Assembly: GCA_038210785.1 (NCBI GenBank)
Contig: JBBQWH010000002.1
Span: 19,276-83,275 of the forward strand
Direction of reading: 5' to 3'
Source: Sphingomonadales bacterium
GTDB lineage: Bacteria > Pseudomonadota > Alphaproteobacteria > Sphingomonadales > Sphingomonadaceae
Length of the DNA: 64,000 bases
Positions 30,912 to 40,014 of this stretch are shown piece after piece. A program made the translations under genes and the position numbers. The notes under the pieces are model-generated. The model was not told the DNA's origin. It made no database searches and was given only the letters and a program-made list of their open reading frames with translations. Numbering within the stretch: the stretch's first letter is position 1; each line of letters opens with the position of its first letter.

Positions 30912-31349
30912 TCACCATGTGCCGACATTGGCCATGCTCGCCCACGGCTCGGCCGGTTCGAGCGAGCCGTCCTGCAGCAACTCGATCGAGATCCCGTCGG
31001 GCGATTTGACGAACGCCATGTGGCCATCGCGCGGGGGGCGGTGGATGATGTGGCCGGCCTTGGCGAGCGCCGCGCAGGTCTCGTAGATATTGTCAACGCG
31101 GTAGGCGAGATGGCCGAAATTGCGCCCGCCGTCATAGTCCTCGCCGCCGCTGCCATCTTCGGGCGGCCAGTTATAAGTGAGTTCGACCTCGGCCACGCCT
31201 GCCTGCCCCGGCGCGGCAAGGAAGATCAGCGTGAACCGCCCGGCTGCAACCTCGAAGCGGCGCACTTCCTCAAGCCCGATGAGCTTGAAGAACGCCACCG
31301 TCGCGTCGGGATCGCTGATGCGGATCATCGAGTGAAGAAATTTGGTCAT
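30912..31349 (-). CDS. gloA: Lactoylglutathione lyase / VOC family protein
   Basis: FLHSMIRI, ELTYNW, GRNFGHLAY, SPDGISIELL. Confidence 0.85.
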   Translation of the reverse strand: MTKFLHSMIRISDPDATVAFFKLIGLEEVRRFEVAAGRFTLIFLAAPGQAGVAEVELTYNWPPEDGSGGEDYDGGRNFGHLAYRVDNIYETCAALAKAGHIIHRPPRDGHMAFVKSPDGISIELLQDGSLEPAEPWASMANVGTW

Positions 31350-31425
31350 GGCCACTTCCATTCAAAAACGGTTCATCGACAAAGATGCACAATTCGTCGC
31401 ACCAACTCGGTCAGGGGACAATGCG

Positions 31426-32178
31426 ATGAGCGATGATGAAGTGCAACCGGCGAATGCGGCCAATGGCGGGCTGCGCGGGCCTGCCACCCTGCTGTGGTTC
31501 GGCACCTCCGGGATCCTCGCGGTCGGGATGATCGTGGGCGGATACCTGCTCGGCGACGGGTTACTGCGCGCACAGGATGCGCAGCGCGCGGTCACCGTAC
31601 GCGGCCTCGCAGAGCGCGACGTCACCGCTGATCTGGCCACGTGGACGATCTCCTACTCCGCCTCCAGCACCGATCTGGCAGAAGCCCAGGCCAAGGTGCG
31701 GGGCGATACCCGGGCCATCGAGGCATTCTTCAAGGAATTGGGCTTTCCCGCCGATGCGCTCCAGCCGACCGGGGCCAATGTGGCCAGCTTCGCCAATAAT
31801 GGCCTCACCACCTACACCGTGCGCCAGCGCCTCGCGCTCCGCACCGAAGACACTGCCCGCGCGCAGAAGGCTGTGGCGCGGCAGTTCGACCTGGTCGGGC
31901 GCGGGGTGTTTTTGGAGGAGGGTTCGGCGATGGCCTATACCTTCACCAAATTAAACGGCATCAAGCCCGAAATGGTGGCCGAAGCAACCAAGGATGCGCG
32001 CGCGGCTGCCGAGCAGTTCGCCAAGGATTCAGGCTCCAGCGTCGGCAAGATCCGCGAGGCAACGCAGGGCTATTTCACGATCGAAGCGCGCGATGGCGAA
32101 GCGAGCGGCTGGGGAATGTCCGACAGCCCGTACAAGAAAGTGCGGGTCGTCACTACGGTCAGCTTCGCGCTCGATTAG
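31426..32178 (+). CDS. SIMPL (DUF541) domain protein
   Basis: VTVRGLAERDVTAD, KPEMVAEATKDAR, ATQG, KKVRVV. Confidence 0.85.
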   Translation: MSDDEVQPANAANGGLRGPATLLWFGTSGILAVGMIVGGYLLGDGLLRAQDAQRAVTVRGLAERDVTADLATWTISYSASSTDLAEAQAKVRGDTRAIEAFFKELGFPADALQPTGANVASFANNGLTTYTVRQRLALRTEDTARAQKAVARQFDLVGRGVFLEEGSAMAYTFTKLNGIKPEMVAEATKDARAAAEQFAKDSGSSVGKIREATQGYFTIEARDGEASGWGMSDSPYKKVRVVTTVSFALD

Positions 32179-32396
32179 GCCCAGCGATACGCGCCGCGGC
32201 CCAGTGCGACGCGGCGCGGCCCGGCCCGGTGCGGCGCGCAGCCCGGCGACAATTTCGCTCCGCTGGTCGCGCAGGTACGCGGGTCGGTTGCGCGGCAGCA
32301 TTCACGGGAGTATGCGGCCCATCCTTGCCTGACGGTGCGACCAACGCCCGCTGGCAGTCCGTTTAAGGGTCGCCCAACCGGATCACCGATTTTTAC

Positions 32397-33203
32397 ATGC
32401 TTCAGAAATTGCGCGACTTTTTCCGTCCTCCCCCACCGCCGCAGCTTGCGGCGGTGCCGGCTGGCATGCGCTATTTCGTGATCGGCGACATCCATGGGCG
32501 GCTTGATCTGTTCGACGCCATGATCGCCGCGATCGAGGCCGAGATCGCGGCGGCGCCCGGGCTCGATCACCGCGTCGTGCTGCTCGGCGATCTGGTTGAT
32601 CGCGGGCCGGACAGCGCAGGCGTTGTGTCCCGCACCCGCGCCTGGCAGCAAACCCGCCATGTCCAAGTGCTGGCGGGCAATCACGAGGAGATGTTCCTCG
32701 CCGCCTTTGAAAAGCCCGAAGCCTTGCGCCACTTCCTCAAGCATGGTGGGCGCGAGACGGTGCTGAGCTACGGCTTGTCGACCAAGCAGCTGGCCACGCT
32801 GGACCTTGAGGCAATCTTCGAACTCCTGCCGCAATTGGTGCCACAAACGACGCGCGATTACATCGCCGGGTTCGAGACAATGATCCGCGCCGGGGACTAT
32901 GTTTTCGTGCATGCCGGGATTGATCCCGCGCGCCCGCTGAACGAGCAGAAGCGCAGCGACCTGTTGTGGATCCGCGAGCGCTTCCTCAATCACGAAGGCC
33001 CGCTCGAAAAAGTGGTGGTGCACGGTCACACGATTTTCGACCAGGTGATGGATTGCGGCAATCGCATCGGGATTGATACTGGCGCTTTCCGCTCGGGTGT
33101 GCTTACAGCGCTGGTGCTCGAGGGCGACCAGCGGCGGATCCTGCAGGCCTGCGCCAGCGATGGTGGGCCGGTGGAGGTGTTCCACGGCGAACGTCCACGC
33201 TAG
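32397..33203 (+). CDS. Metallophosphoesterase (PPP/PrpA-like Ser/Thr phosphatase)
   Basis: IGDIHG, LGDLVDRG, GNHE, VHAG, VHGHT, IDTG. Confidence 0.9.
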   Translation: MLQKLRDFFRPPPPPQLAAVPAGMRYFVIGDIHGRLDLFDAMIAAIEAEIAAAPGLDHRVVLLGDLVDRGPDSAGVVSRTRAWQQTRHVQVLAGNHEEMFLAAFEKPEALRHFLKHGGRETVLSYGLSTKQLATLDLEAIFELLPQLVPQTTRDYIAGFETMIRAGDYVFVHAGIDPARPLNEQKRSDLLWIRERFLNHEGPLEKVVVHGHTIFDQVMDCGNRIGIDTGAFRSGVLTALVLEGDQRRILQACASDGGPVEVFHGERPR

Positions 33204-33273
33204 GACCGCCCACGCCAGGATCGCATTTCACAGCGCGAGCCGGCTTTAAGTATTCGCGTAAAGGCAGCTGTTC

Positions 33274-34596
33274 ATGAAGATTGCGATGGTGGGTTCGGGC
33301 TATGTCGGGCTCGTATCGGGGGCCTGTTTTGCCGATTTCGGGCATGACGTGGTCTGCATCGACAAGGATCAGACCAAGATCGATCGTCTGCGCGCCGGGA
33401 TCATGCCGATTTACGAGCCCGGGCTTGAGGCGCTGGTCGAAAGCAATGTGAAAGCCGGACGGCTCGCCTTCACCACCAGCCTGGCCGAAGGGATCGCAGC
33501 CGCCGAAGCGATCTTCATCGCGGTCGGCACCCCCAGCCGCCGCGGAGATGGCCATGCCGATCTCACCTTCGTCTATGAAGTCGCACAGGAAGTGGGCGAG
33601 CATCTGGCAGGCGATGCGGTGATCGTCACCAAGTCGACCGTGCCGGTCGGCACCGGCGACGAGGTCGAACGGATCATCCGCGAGACCGGCACGTTTAGCG
33701 AACGGGGCCACCGCTTCGCGGTTGTCTCAAACCCCGAATTCCTGCGCGAAGGCGCAGCGATCGGCGATTTCAAGCGGCCTGACCGGATCGTGATCGGCGT
33801 CGAAGATGAATTCGGCCGCGAGGTGATGCGCAAGGTCTATCGCCCGCTGTTCCTCAACGAATCGCCGATCCTGTTTGTGTCGCGCCGGACCAGCGAGCTG
33901 ATCAAATACGCCGCCAACGCCTTCCTCGCGACCAAGATCACCTTCATCAACGAGATGGCCGATCTGTGCGAGAAAGTCGGCGCGAACGTGCAGGACGTCA
34001 GCCGCGGGATCGGGATGGACAACCGCATCGGCGCCAAGTTCCTGCACGCAGGACCCGGCTATGGCGGATCGTGCTTTCCCAAGGATACGCTCGCGCTGCT
34101 CAAGACCGCCGAGGATTTCGAGGCGCCGACCCGGATCGTCGAGGCGGTGGTCAAGGTCAATGAGAGCCGCAAGCGCGCGATGGGCCGCAAGGTGGTCGAT
34201 GCCTTGGGCGGTGTGGACGCAGCGCGCGGCAAGAAAGCGGCGCTGCTCGGCCTGACGTTCAAACCCAACACCGACGACATGCGCGACAGCCCTGCGATCG
34301 CGGTGGCGCAGACTCTGATGGACGCAGGCGTGATGGTAACCGCCTACGATCCCGAAGGCATGGAGCAGGCCCGCCCGCTGCTGCCGGACGTGGTGATGTG
34401 TGACAATCCCTACGCCGCGATCGAAGGCGCGGACGTGGTGGTGATCGTAACCGAATGGGACGCATTCCGCGCGCTCGATCTGAGGCGCGTGAAGGAACTG
34501 GCCAACGCGCCGGTGCTGGTTGATTTGCGCAACATCTACAATCCCGATGATATGGCAGCGGCCGGGTTCACCTATGTGAGCGTGGGTAGGGCTTGA
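33274..34596 (+). CDS. ugd: UDP-glucose 6-dehydrogenase
   Basis: GSGYVG, KSTVPVG, SNPEFLREG, GYGGSCFPKD. Confidence 0.95.
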   Translation: MKIAMVGSGYVGLVSGACFADFGHDVVCIDKDQTKIDRLRAGIMPIYEPGLEALVESNVKAGRLAFTTSLAEGIAAAEAIFIAVGTPSRRGDGHADLTFVYEVAQEVGEHLAGDAVIVTKSTVPVGTGDEVERIIRETGTFSERGHRFAVVSNPEFLREGAAIGDFKRPDRIVIGVEDEFGREVMRKVYRPLFLNESPILFVSRRTSELIKYAANAFLATKITFINEMADLCEKVGANVQDVSRGIGMDNRIGAKFLHAGPGYGGSCFPKDTLALLKTAEDFEAPTRIVEAVVKVNESRKRAMGRKVVDALGGVDAARGKKAALLGLTFKPNTDDMRDSPAIAVAQTLMDAGVMVTAYDPEGMEQARPLLPDVVMCDNPYAAIEGADVVVIVTEWDAFRALDLRRVKELANAPVLVDLRNIYNPDDMAAAGFTYVSVGRA

Positions 34597-34597
34597 G

Positions 34598-34702
34598 TTG
34601 TTTTGCGCACCCGCCTCCGCGGGTGCGTCCTCGGTGCTATTCCTTCGCTTCGCTACGGGCACCTGCGGGCGGCCGGTCGGCCTTGCGGCGGCTGCGCCGC
34701 CG
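34598..34702 (+). repeat. Third copy of the structured intergenic repeat
   Basis: Shares the 26-nt core CTGCGGGCGGCCGGTCGGCCTTGCGG (34663-34688) with 24197-24222 and has the same hairpin architecture. Confidence 0.75.
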
Positions 34703-34732
34703 TCTGGTGCCAAGTGCTACCGCCGCTCTTTA

Positions 34733-35173
<441 letters not shown>

Positions 35174-35181
35174 CCGGCGTG

Positions 35182-35210
35182 CCTATAGACGCCAGCCGGC
35201 AATAAAGCAA
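35182..35210 (-). promoter_or_regulatory. sigma70-like promoter of rnpB
   Basis: TTGCTT-N17-TATAGG just upstream of the 5' end. Confidence 0.5.
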
Positions 35211-35221
35211 AAAGCGCGATG

Positions 35222-35956
35222 CTACCGCGTCATCCCCCGGTCACGGTCGAGCAGCAATTGCCACAATATCGCCGCGACCTCGCCGTCCGGCACGCCGGTG
35301 ATCCGTTCGGGCCGCCAGCGCCGCTCGAACGCCTCGACCGCCTTGGCAGAATCGGTGATGTCGTAGCCGAACCGTTCGAGCGCGAGGAGGAATGCACCGT
35401 CATTATGGAACGGATCGCCCGCTGCAAGGCATGCGGGGCGCGGCAGACACAGCTTGTAGTCGGCCAGCCGGTCCCACGGGAACAGCTCGCCCGGATCGAT
35501 CTTGCGCATCGGCGCGACATCGGAATGGCCGACCACATTGGCGCGCGGGATATCATACCGCTTCACCATCCGCGCCAGCAGCGGGAGCAGCGCATCGATC
35601 TGTGCCTCGGCAAACCCGCGATAACCGCCATTCTCGGGCGCGTGGCCGGGATGATCGAGCTCGATCCCAATGCTCGCCGAATTCACATCCGGAATGCCGC
35701 GCCAAAACGATGCGCCCGCGTGCCAGGCGCGGCGCGCTTCGGGCACCAGCCGGATCACTTCGCCCTCTTCGGTGATGCAGTAATGCGCGCTGACCGAAGC
35801 GGCGGGATCGCACATCCGCGCAATCGCTGTCTCGACCGGCTTCATCTCGGTATAGTGCAGCACCACCATGCTGATCGGCGCTGTGCGATCATTGTGATTG
35901 GGCGAGAGCACCTCGCGGTGCACCAACTCGTCGCCGCTATCTGCGCTCCCCGGCAT
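35222..35956 (-). CDS. N-acetylmuramoyl-L-alanine amidase (Amidase_2, AmiD/AmpD-like)
   Basis: VLHYT, VSAHY, RAWHAG, SIGIE, VGHSDVAP..KIDPG. Confidence 0.92.
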   Translation of the reverse strand: MPGSADSGDELVHREVLSPNHNDRTAPISMVVLHYTEMKPVETAIARMCDPAASVSAHYCITEEGEVIRLVPEARRAWHAGASFWRGIPDVNSASIGIELDHPGHAPENGGYRGFAEAQIDALLPLLARMVKRYDIPRANVVGHSDVAPMRKIDPGELFPWDRLADYKLCLPRPACLAAGDPFHNDGAFLLALERFGYDITDSAKAVEAFERRWRPERITGVPDGEVAAILWQLLLDRDRGMTR

Positions 35957-35966
35957 CGTTTCGGCT

Positions 35967-36620
35967 CTAGCCGATCATGCCTTCAGGCACCGGCAACACC
36001 GCGCCCAGCACCAGCGCGCCGTCACCCAGCTTGTACTGGAGGCCGCCGTCCATCTCGTCGGCCAGCACCGCGATCATGTGCGCGGCGGCGGTGCGGCTGG
36101 TGATCTCATCGTCGGCCAGATCGCCTTGCAAGGCGCGGCCGATGGTTTCGTCGAACGCGATCCGCTCGCCGCGCGCGCGCGCCACGATCTCGACTGCGCC
36201 GTCGCGCTGCTCCGCCCCGATATCGAGCGTGCCGCCGCGCACCAGCGAATCGAGTGCGATCTGCGCCAGGTTGAGCAGCACCTTGACCGCGGGCTTGGGC
36301 AGGCTGGGCTCGGCAATCGCCCAGTGGATCTCGACCCGCTTGGCATCGGTCGCAAGCGCATTGATCACGCTTTTGGCTTCATCGATCGGGATCGCCTCGC
36401 CAAATCCCCCCGCCGCGCCGAACGCGAGGCGGAAGAACTTGAGCTTATCGGCGCTGATCCGCGCCGATTGTTCGAGCAGCTCCATGCAGCGCGCGCGCAT
36501 CTCCGGGTCCTGCTCATCGGCGAGCAATTCCAGCCCGTTGGCGAGCGCGCCCACTGGCGAAAGCATATCATGGCACAGCCGCGAACACAGCATTGCGGCA
36601 AGATCGGTCTGGGAAATCAT
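35967..36620 (-). CDS. chpT: Histidine phosphotransferase
   Basis: LCSRLCHDMLSPVGALANGLELL, LKFFRLAFG. Confidence 0.9.
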   Translation of the reverse strand: MISQTDLAAMLCSRLCHDMLSPVGALANGLELLADEQDPEMRARCMELLEQSARISADKLKFFRLAFGAAGGFGEAIPIDEAKSVINALATDAKRVEIHWAIAEPSLPKPAVKVLLNLAQIALDSLVRGGTLDIGAEQRDGAVEIVARARGERIAFDETIGRALQGDLADDEITSRTAAAHMIAVLADEMDGGLQYKLGDGALVLGAVLPVPEGMIG

Positions 36621-36629
36621 GCGAGAACC

Positions 36630-37040
36630 CTAGCTTTCGATCATGGTAAAGGAAAGAGCGGCAAAGCCCGCTTTGCCCGCGCTGTTCCCATCGCGCCAAA
36701 AGGTGATACGCTCACTGCCCAAGATCGCCCACACCCGCCCGTCGCTAGCGGCCATCGCCTGATCGGTCGCAGACGGCACCGGATCGCCGGTGGGATGCGA
36801 GTGGAAATAGCCAATCACCTGCGCAGCAGCCCCTGCGCGTGCGGCCCGGTGCGCGTCGATCAGCGCCTGCGGGTCGATCTCGAAATGGGCGGCGGGCTGC
36901 GGGTGGACGTTGCGGGTTTGGCGCGCTTCGGTGATACGCGCGCCCTCGCCCAGCAGCAGGCCGCAGGCTTCATTGGGGTGGGCGGCATCAGCGGCGGCCC
37001 GCATGGCGGCGAGGGCCCGGCTTGTCACGTCGATATCCAT
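36630..37040 (-). CDS. Mov34/MPN/JAMM metalloprotease
   Basis: EACGLL...FHSHP.G...PS..D, intact JAMM motif. Confidence 0.9.
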   Translation of the reverse strand: MDIDVTSRALAAMRAAADAAHPNEACGLLLGEGARITEARQTRNVHPQPAAHFEIDPQALIDAHRAARAGAAAQVIGYFHSHPTGDPVPSATDQAMAASDGRVWAILGSERITFWRDGNSAGKAGFAALSFTMIES

Positions 37041-37056
37041 CGCGCATGGCCATAGC

Positions 37057-38034
37057 ATGTCCGCGAGCGAAATCATCACCGGCACTCTACCCGCGTCCGC
37101 CGGTTCCGGGGCGCGCCTCGACAAGGCGTTGGCCGAGGCGACCGGCTTCAGCCGCTCGCGGGTGCAGGGGTTAATCGATCAGAGGCGCGTCGATGTGGCG
37201 GGCAAGACCGCCACGGCGGCCTCAATGAAGGTCGCCGCAAATGCGCCGTTCCGCATCATTCTCTCCGCCGCCATGCCTGCCGAGGCTCTCCCGGAGGATA
37301 TCCCGCTCGTCATCGCTTACGAAGACCAACACCTGATCGTGGTCAACAAGGCTGCGGGGATGGTCGTCCACCCGGCGGTGGGCAACATCACCGGCACGTT
37401 GGTCAACGCGCTGCTCTACCACTGCGCCAAGAATGGGCGGGGCCGGCTGTCTGGCATCAACGGAGTCGCGCGGCCCGGCATTGTCCACCGCATCGACAAG
37501 GACACCTCGGGCCTGCTGGTGGTCGCCAAGAGCGACGCCGCGCACGAGGGCCTGGCCGCGCAGTTCGCCGCGCACACCGTCCACCGCCGCTATATCGCGG
37601 TGTGCGGCGGGCACCCCTCGCCCGGCGAAGGCACCATCAATGCGCGCGTCGGGCGTTCCGACAGCGACCGAAAGAAAATGACGGTGCTGCCCAACAATTC
37701 CTCGCGCGGCAAAACCGCGATCACGCATTACAAGATAATCGAACGGCTTGATGAAGCCGCCGTGATCGAATGTCGGCTGGAAACCGGGCGCACCCACCAG
37801 GTGCGCGTTCACTGCGCGTCAATCGGTCATCCCCTATTGGGAGACAACGCTTATGGCCGAACGCCCAAACCCTTGCGTGAAACTCTCGAACGACTCGGAT
37901 TCGCCCGTCAGGCGCTGCATGCTGCCGAACTGGGGTTCCAACACCCCTTGACCGGCGAGATGGTGCAGTTTCGGAGCGATCTGCCGCAAGACATGGCGGA
38001 ACTTATCGACCAACTGCGCGATAGTGATCGATGA
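37057..38034 (+). CDS. rluD: RluA-family pseudouridine synthase (RluD-like)
   Basis: S4 domain, VNKAAGMVVHP, RPGIVHRIDKDTSG, GRTHQVRVH, RQALHA. Confidence 0.9.
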   Translation: MSASEIITGTLPASAGSGARLDKALAEATGFSRSRVQGLIDQRRVDVAGKTATAASMKVAANAPFRIILSAAMPAEALPEDIPLVIAYEDQHLIVVNKAAGMVVHPAVGNITGTLVNALLYHCAKNGRGRLSGINGVARPGIVHRIDKDTSGLLVVAKSDAAHEGLAAQFAAHTVHRRYIAVCGGHPSPGEGTINARVGRSDSDRKKMTVLPNNSSRGKTAITHYKIIERLDEAAVIECRLETGRTHQVRVHCASIGHPLLGDNAYGRTPKPLRETLERLGFARQALHAAELGFQHPLTGEMVQFRSDLPQDMAELIDQLRDSDR

Positions 38035-38148
38035 AACGCGCAACCATCTGCGGTGAATTCGCGTATATACAGAACCCGTGGCCCAGTTCGCGGGATGCCC
38101 ATCAGGGGTCCAGCGCAAGCGGTCGACACTAGAAAGGTTAGGTTAAAC

Positions 38149-39069
38149 GTGGCCAAGTCCCCAAGTAGCCGGACTAAATCTTCCTCGGTCCCGGCGTTGA
38201 GCGGTGAGCAGAGCCTCAACCGCTATCTCTCTGAAATCCGCAAGTTCCCGGTGCTCACTGCCGAGCAGGAATATATGCTCGCCAAGCGGTATCAGGAGCA
38301 CGAGGATCCCGAAGCTGCTGCCCAGCTCGTCTCTAGCCATCTGCGGCTCGTCGCCAAGATCGCGATGGGATACCGCGGCTATGGCCTGCCCGTGGCTGAC
38401 CTCATCTCCGAAGGCAACGTGGGCCTGATGCAGGGCGTCAAGAAGTTCGAGCCTGATCGCGGTTTCCGTCTGGCGACCTACGCGATGTGGTGGATCAAGG
38501 CGTCGATGCAGGAGTTCATCTTGCGCTCGTGGAGCCTTGTCAAAATGGGCACCACCGCTGCGCAGAAGAAACTGTTCTTCAATCTGCGCCGCATGAAGAA
38601 GCAGCTTGAAGCCTACGAGGACAGCGACCTTTCGCCGGCCGACGTAACCAAGATCGCGACCGATCTGGGCGTGCCAGAACAAGAAGTCGTCAACATGAAC
38701 CGGCGCATGATGATGGGCGGCGATGCCTCGCTCAACGTCTCGGTGCGCGGGGCCGAGGAAGGCTCGGGCGAATGGCAGGATTGGTTGACCGACGATCGCC
38801 CCTTGCAGGACGAAACCGTCGCCGATGCCGAAGAGTCGCAGATGCGCATGGAAATGTTGTCCGAAGCGATGGGCAGCCTCAATGAACGCGAGCGCCACAT
38901 CCTCACCGAACGCCGGTTGACCGAAAAGCCGCAGACATTGGAAGAACTGAGCCAAGCCTACGACGTCAGCCGCGAACGCATCCGCCAGATCGAAGTGCGC
39001 GCGTTCGAAAAACTGCAAAAGGCGATGCAGCGGATCGCGGGCGAACGGTTGCTTCCCGGCGTCGCGTAA
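38149..39069 (+). CDS. rpoH: RNA polymerase sigma-32
   Basis: RpoH box QKKLFFNLRR, region 2 SHLRLVAKIA, region 4 VSRERIRQIE; GTG start after AGAAAGG. Confidence 0.96.
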   Translation: MAKSPSSRTKSSSVPALSGEQSLNRYLSEIRKFPVLTAEQEYMLAKRYQEHEDPEAAAQLVSSHLRLVAKIAMGYRGYGLPVADLISEGNVGLMQGVKKFEPDRGFRLATYAMWWIKASMQEFILRSWSLVKMGTTAAQKKLFFNLRRMKKQLEAYEDSDLSPADVTKIATDLGVPEQEVVNMNRRMMMGGDASLNVSVRGAEEGSGEWQDWLTDDRPLQDETVADAEESQMRMEMLSEAMGSLNERERHILTERRLTEKPQTLEELSQAYDVSRERIRQIEVRAFEKLQKAMQRIAGERLLPGVA

Positions 39070-39091
39070 CGCGCAGCATAAGGCGGTTGCT

Positions 39092-39142
39092 AGACCCCCT
39101 CTAGGGTCGTCCAGACCCCCTCTAGGGTCGTCCAGACCCCCT
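39092..39142. repeat. 21-bp tandem repeat (~2.4 copies)
   Basis: AGACCCCCTCTAGGGTCGTCC x2 plus a partial copy. Confidence 0.9.
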
Positions 39143-39159
39143 TCAGAGTGATACAGACA

Positions 39160-39190
39160 GGGCGCCGCGAACAATCGCGGCGCCCTTTTT
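39160..39190 (+). terminator. Intrinsic terminator of rpoH
   Basis: GGGCGCCGCGA-ACAA-TCGCGGCGCCC followed by TTTTT. Confidence 0.85.
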
Positions 39191-39205
39191 GCGCTGATGA
39201 AGCAA

Positions 39206-39221
39206 TGTTTCACGTGAAACA
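39206..39221. other. parS: parS centromere-like site
   Basis: Exact match to the canonical ParB/Spo0J site TGTTTCACGTGAAACA, intergenic. Confidence 0.88.
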
Positions 39222-39323
39222 TTTGCAGAACAAAGGTTCAGTCAGCGCAAGCCGCGGCGGGATCGGGGGAGGCTCGCAACCCGGCTCTTTCCCGTCCGCT
39301 TGCCCTGCGCTAGAGGCTTTGGG

Positions 39324-40007
39324 ATGGCACTTCGCATCGCTCGCATCATCGCCAAGGCCATCCTGTGGTTCGTCGGCCTCACCTTGCTGCTCGTGATCGC
39401 GTTCAGGTGGCTCCCCGTCCCCGTAACCGCCACCATGCTGCTGGACGGCGAGGGAATCACCAAGGACTGGCAAAGCCTCAATAATATCGACCGCAACCTC
39501 GTCTCCGCTGTGATCGCCGCCGAGGATTCGCGCTTTTGCGAGCATTTCGGCTTCGATACTGCGGCGATCGAACAGGCAATTGCCGAGAACATGGAGGCGG
39601 CGGAAAATGGCGGGCGGATCCGCGGCGGATCGACCATCAGTCAGCAGACCGCCAAGAACGTGTTCCTGTGGCAGGGCGGCGGTTTCTTCCGCAAGGGGCT
39701 CGAGGCGTGGTTCACCTTTTGGATCGAGGCAGTGTGGGGCAAGCATCGGATCATGGAGGTCTATCTCAACGTCGCAGAGACCGGGATCGGCACTTACGGC
39801 GCAGAAGCCGGGGCACAGCGCTATTTCGGTCACTCCGCCGCGCGCCTGTCACGCGATGAGGCGAGCCGCATGGCCGCAGCCCTTCCCAGCCCCAAAAAGC
39901 GCGCGGTCAAAGGCCCGGGCGGGTGGCTCGCGCGCCACGGTAACCGGATCGAACGACGGATCGGCATCGTCAGGCGTGACGGGCTCGATGCTTGCGTCTA
40001 CAACTAG
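39324..40007 (+). CDS. mtgA: Monofunctional peptidoglycan glycosyltransferase
   Basis: AAEDSRF, RGGSTISQQTAKN, RKGLEA, RIMEVYLN. Confidence 0.95.
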   Translation: MALRIARIIAKAILWFVGLTLLLVIAFRWLPVPVTATMLLDGEGITKDWQSLNNIDRNLVSAVIAAEDSRFCEHFGFDTAAIEQAIAENMEAAENGGRIRGGSTISQQTAKNVFLWQGGGFFRKGLEAWFTFWIEAVWGKHRIMEVYLNVAETGIGTYGAEAGAQRYFGHSAARLSRDEASRMAAALPSPKKRAVKGPGGWLARHGNRIERRIGIVRRDGLDACVYN

Positions 40008-40014
40008 GCGCAAT

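Noticed and set aside
32196-32245. GC-rich pentamer-like repeats in the intergenic region
   Set aside because: Low-complexity slippage with no defined structure or function
39092-39142. Possible mini-CRISPR array
   Set aside because: The units are contiguous with no unique spacers, and there are no cas genes
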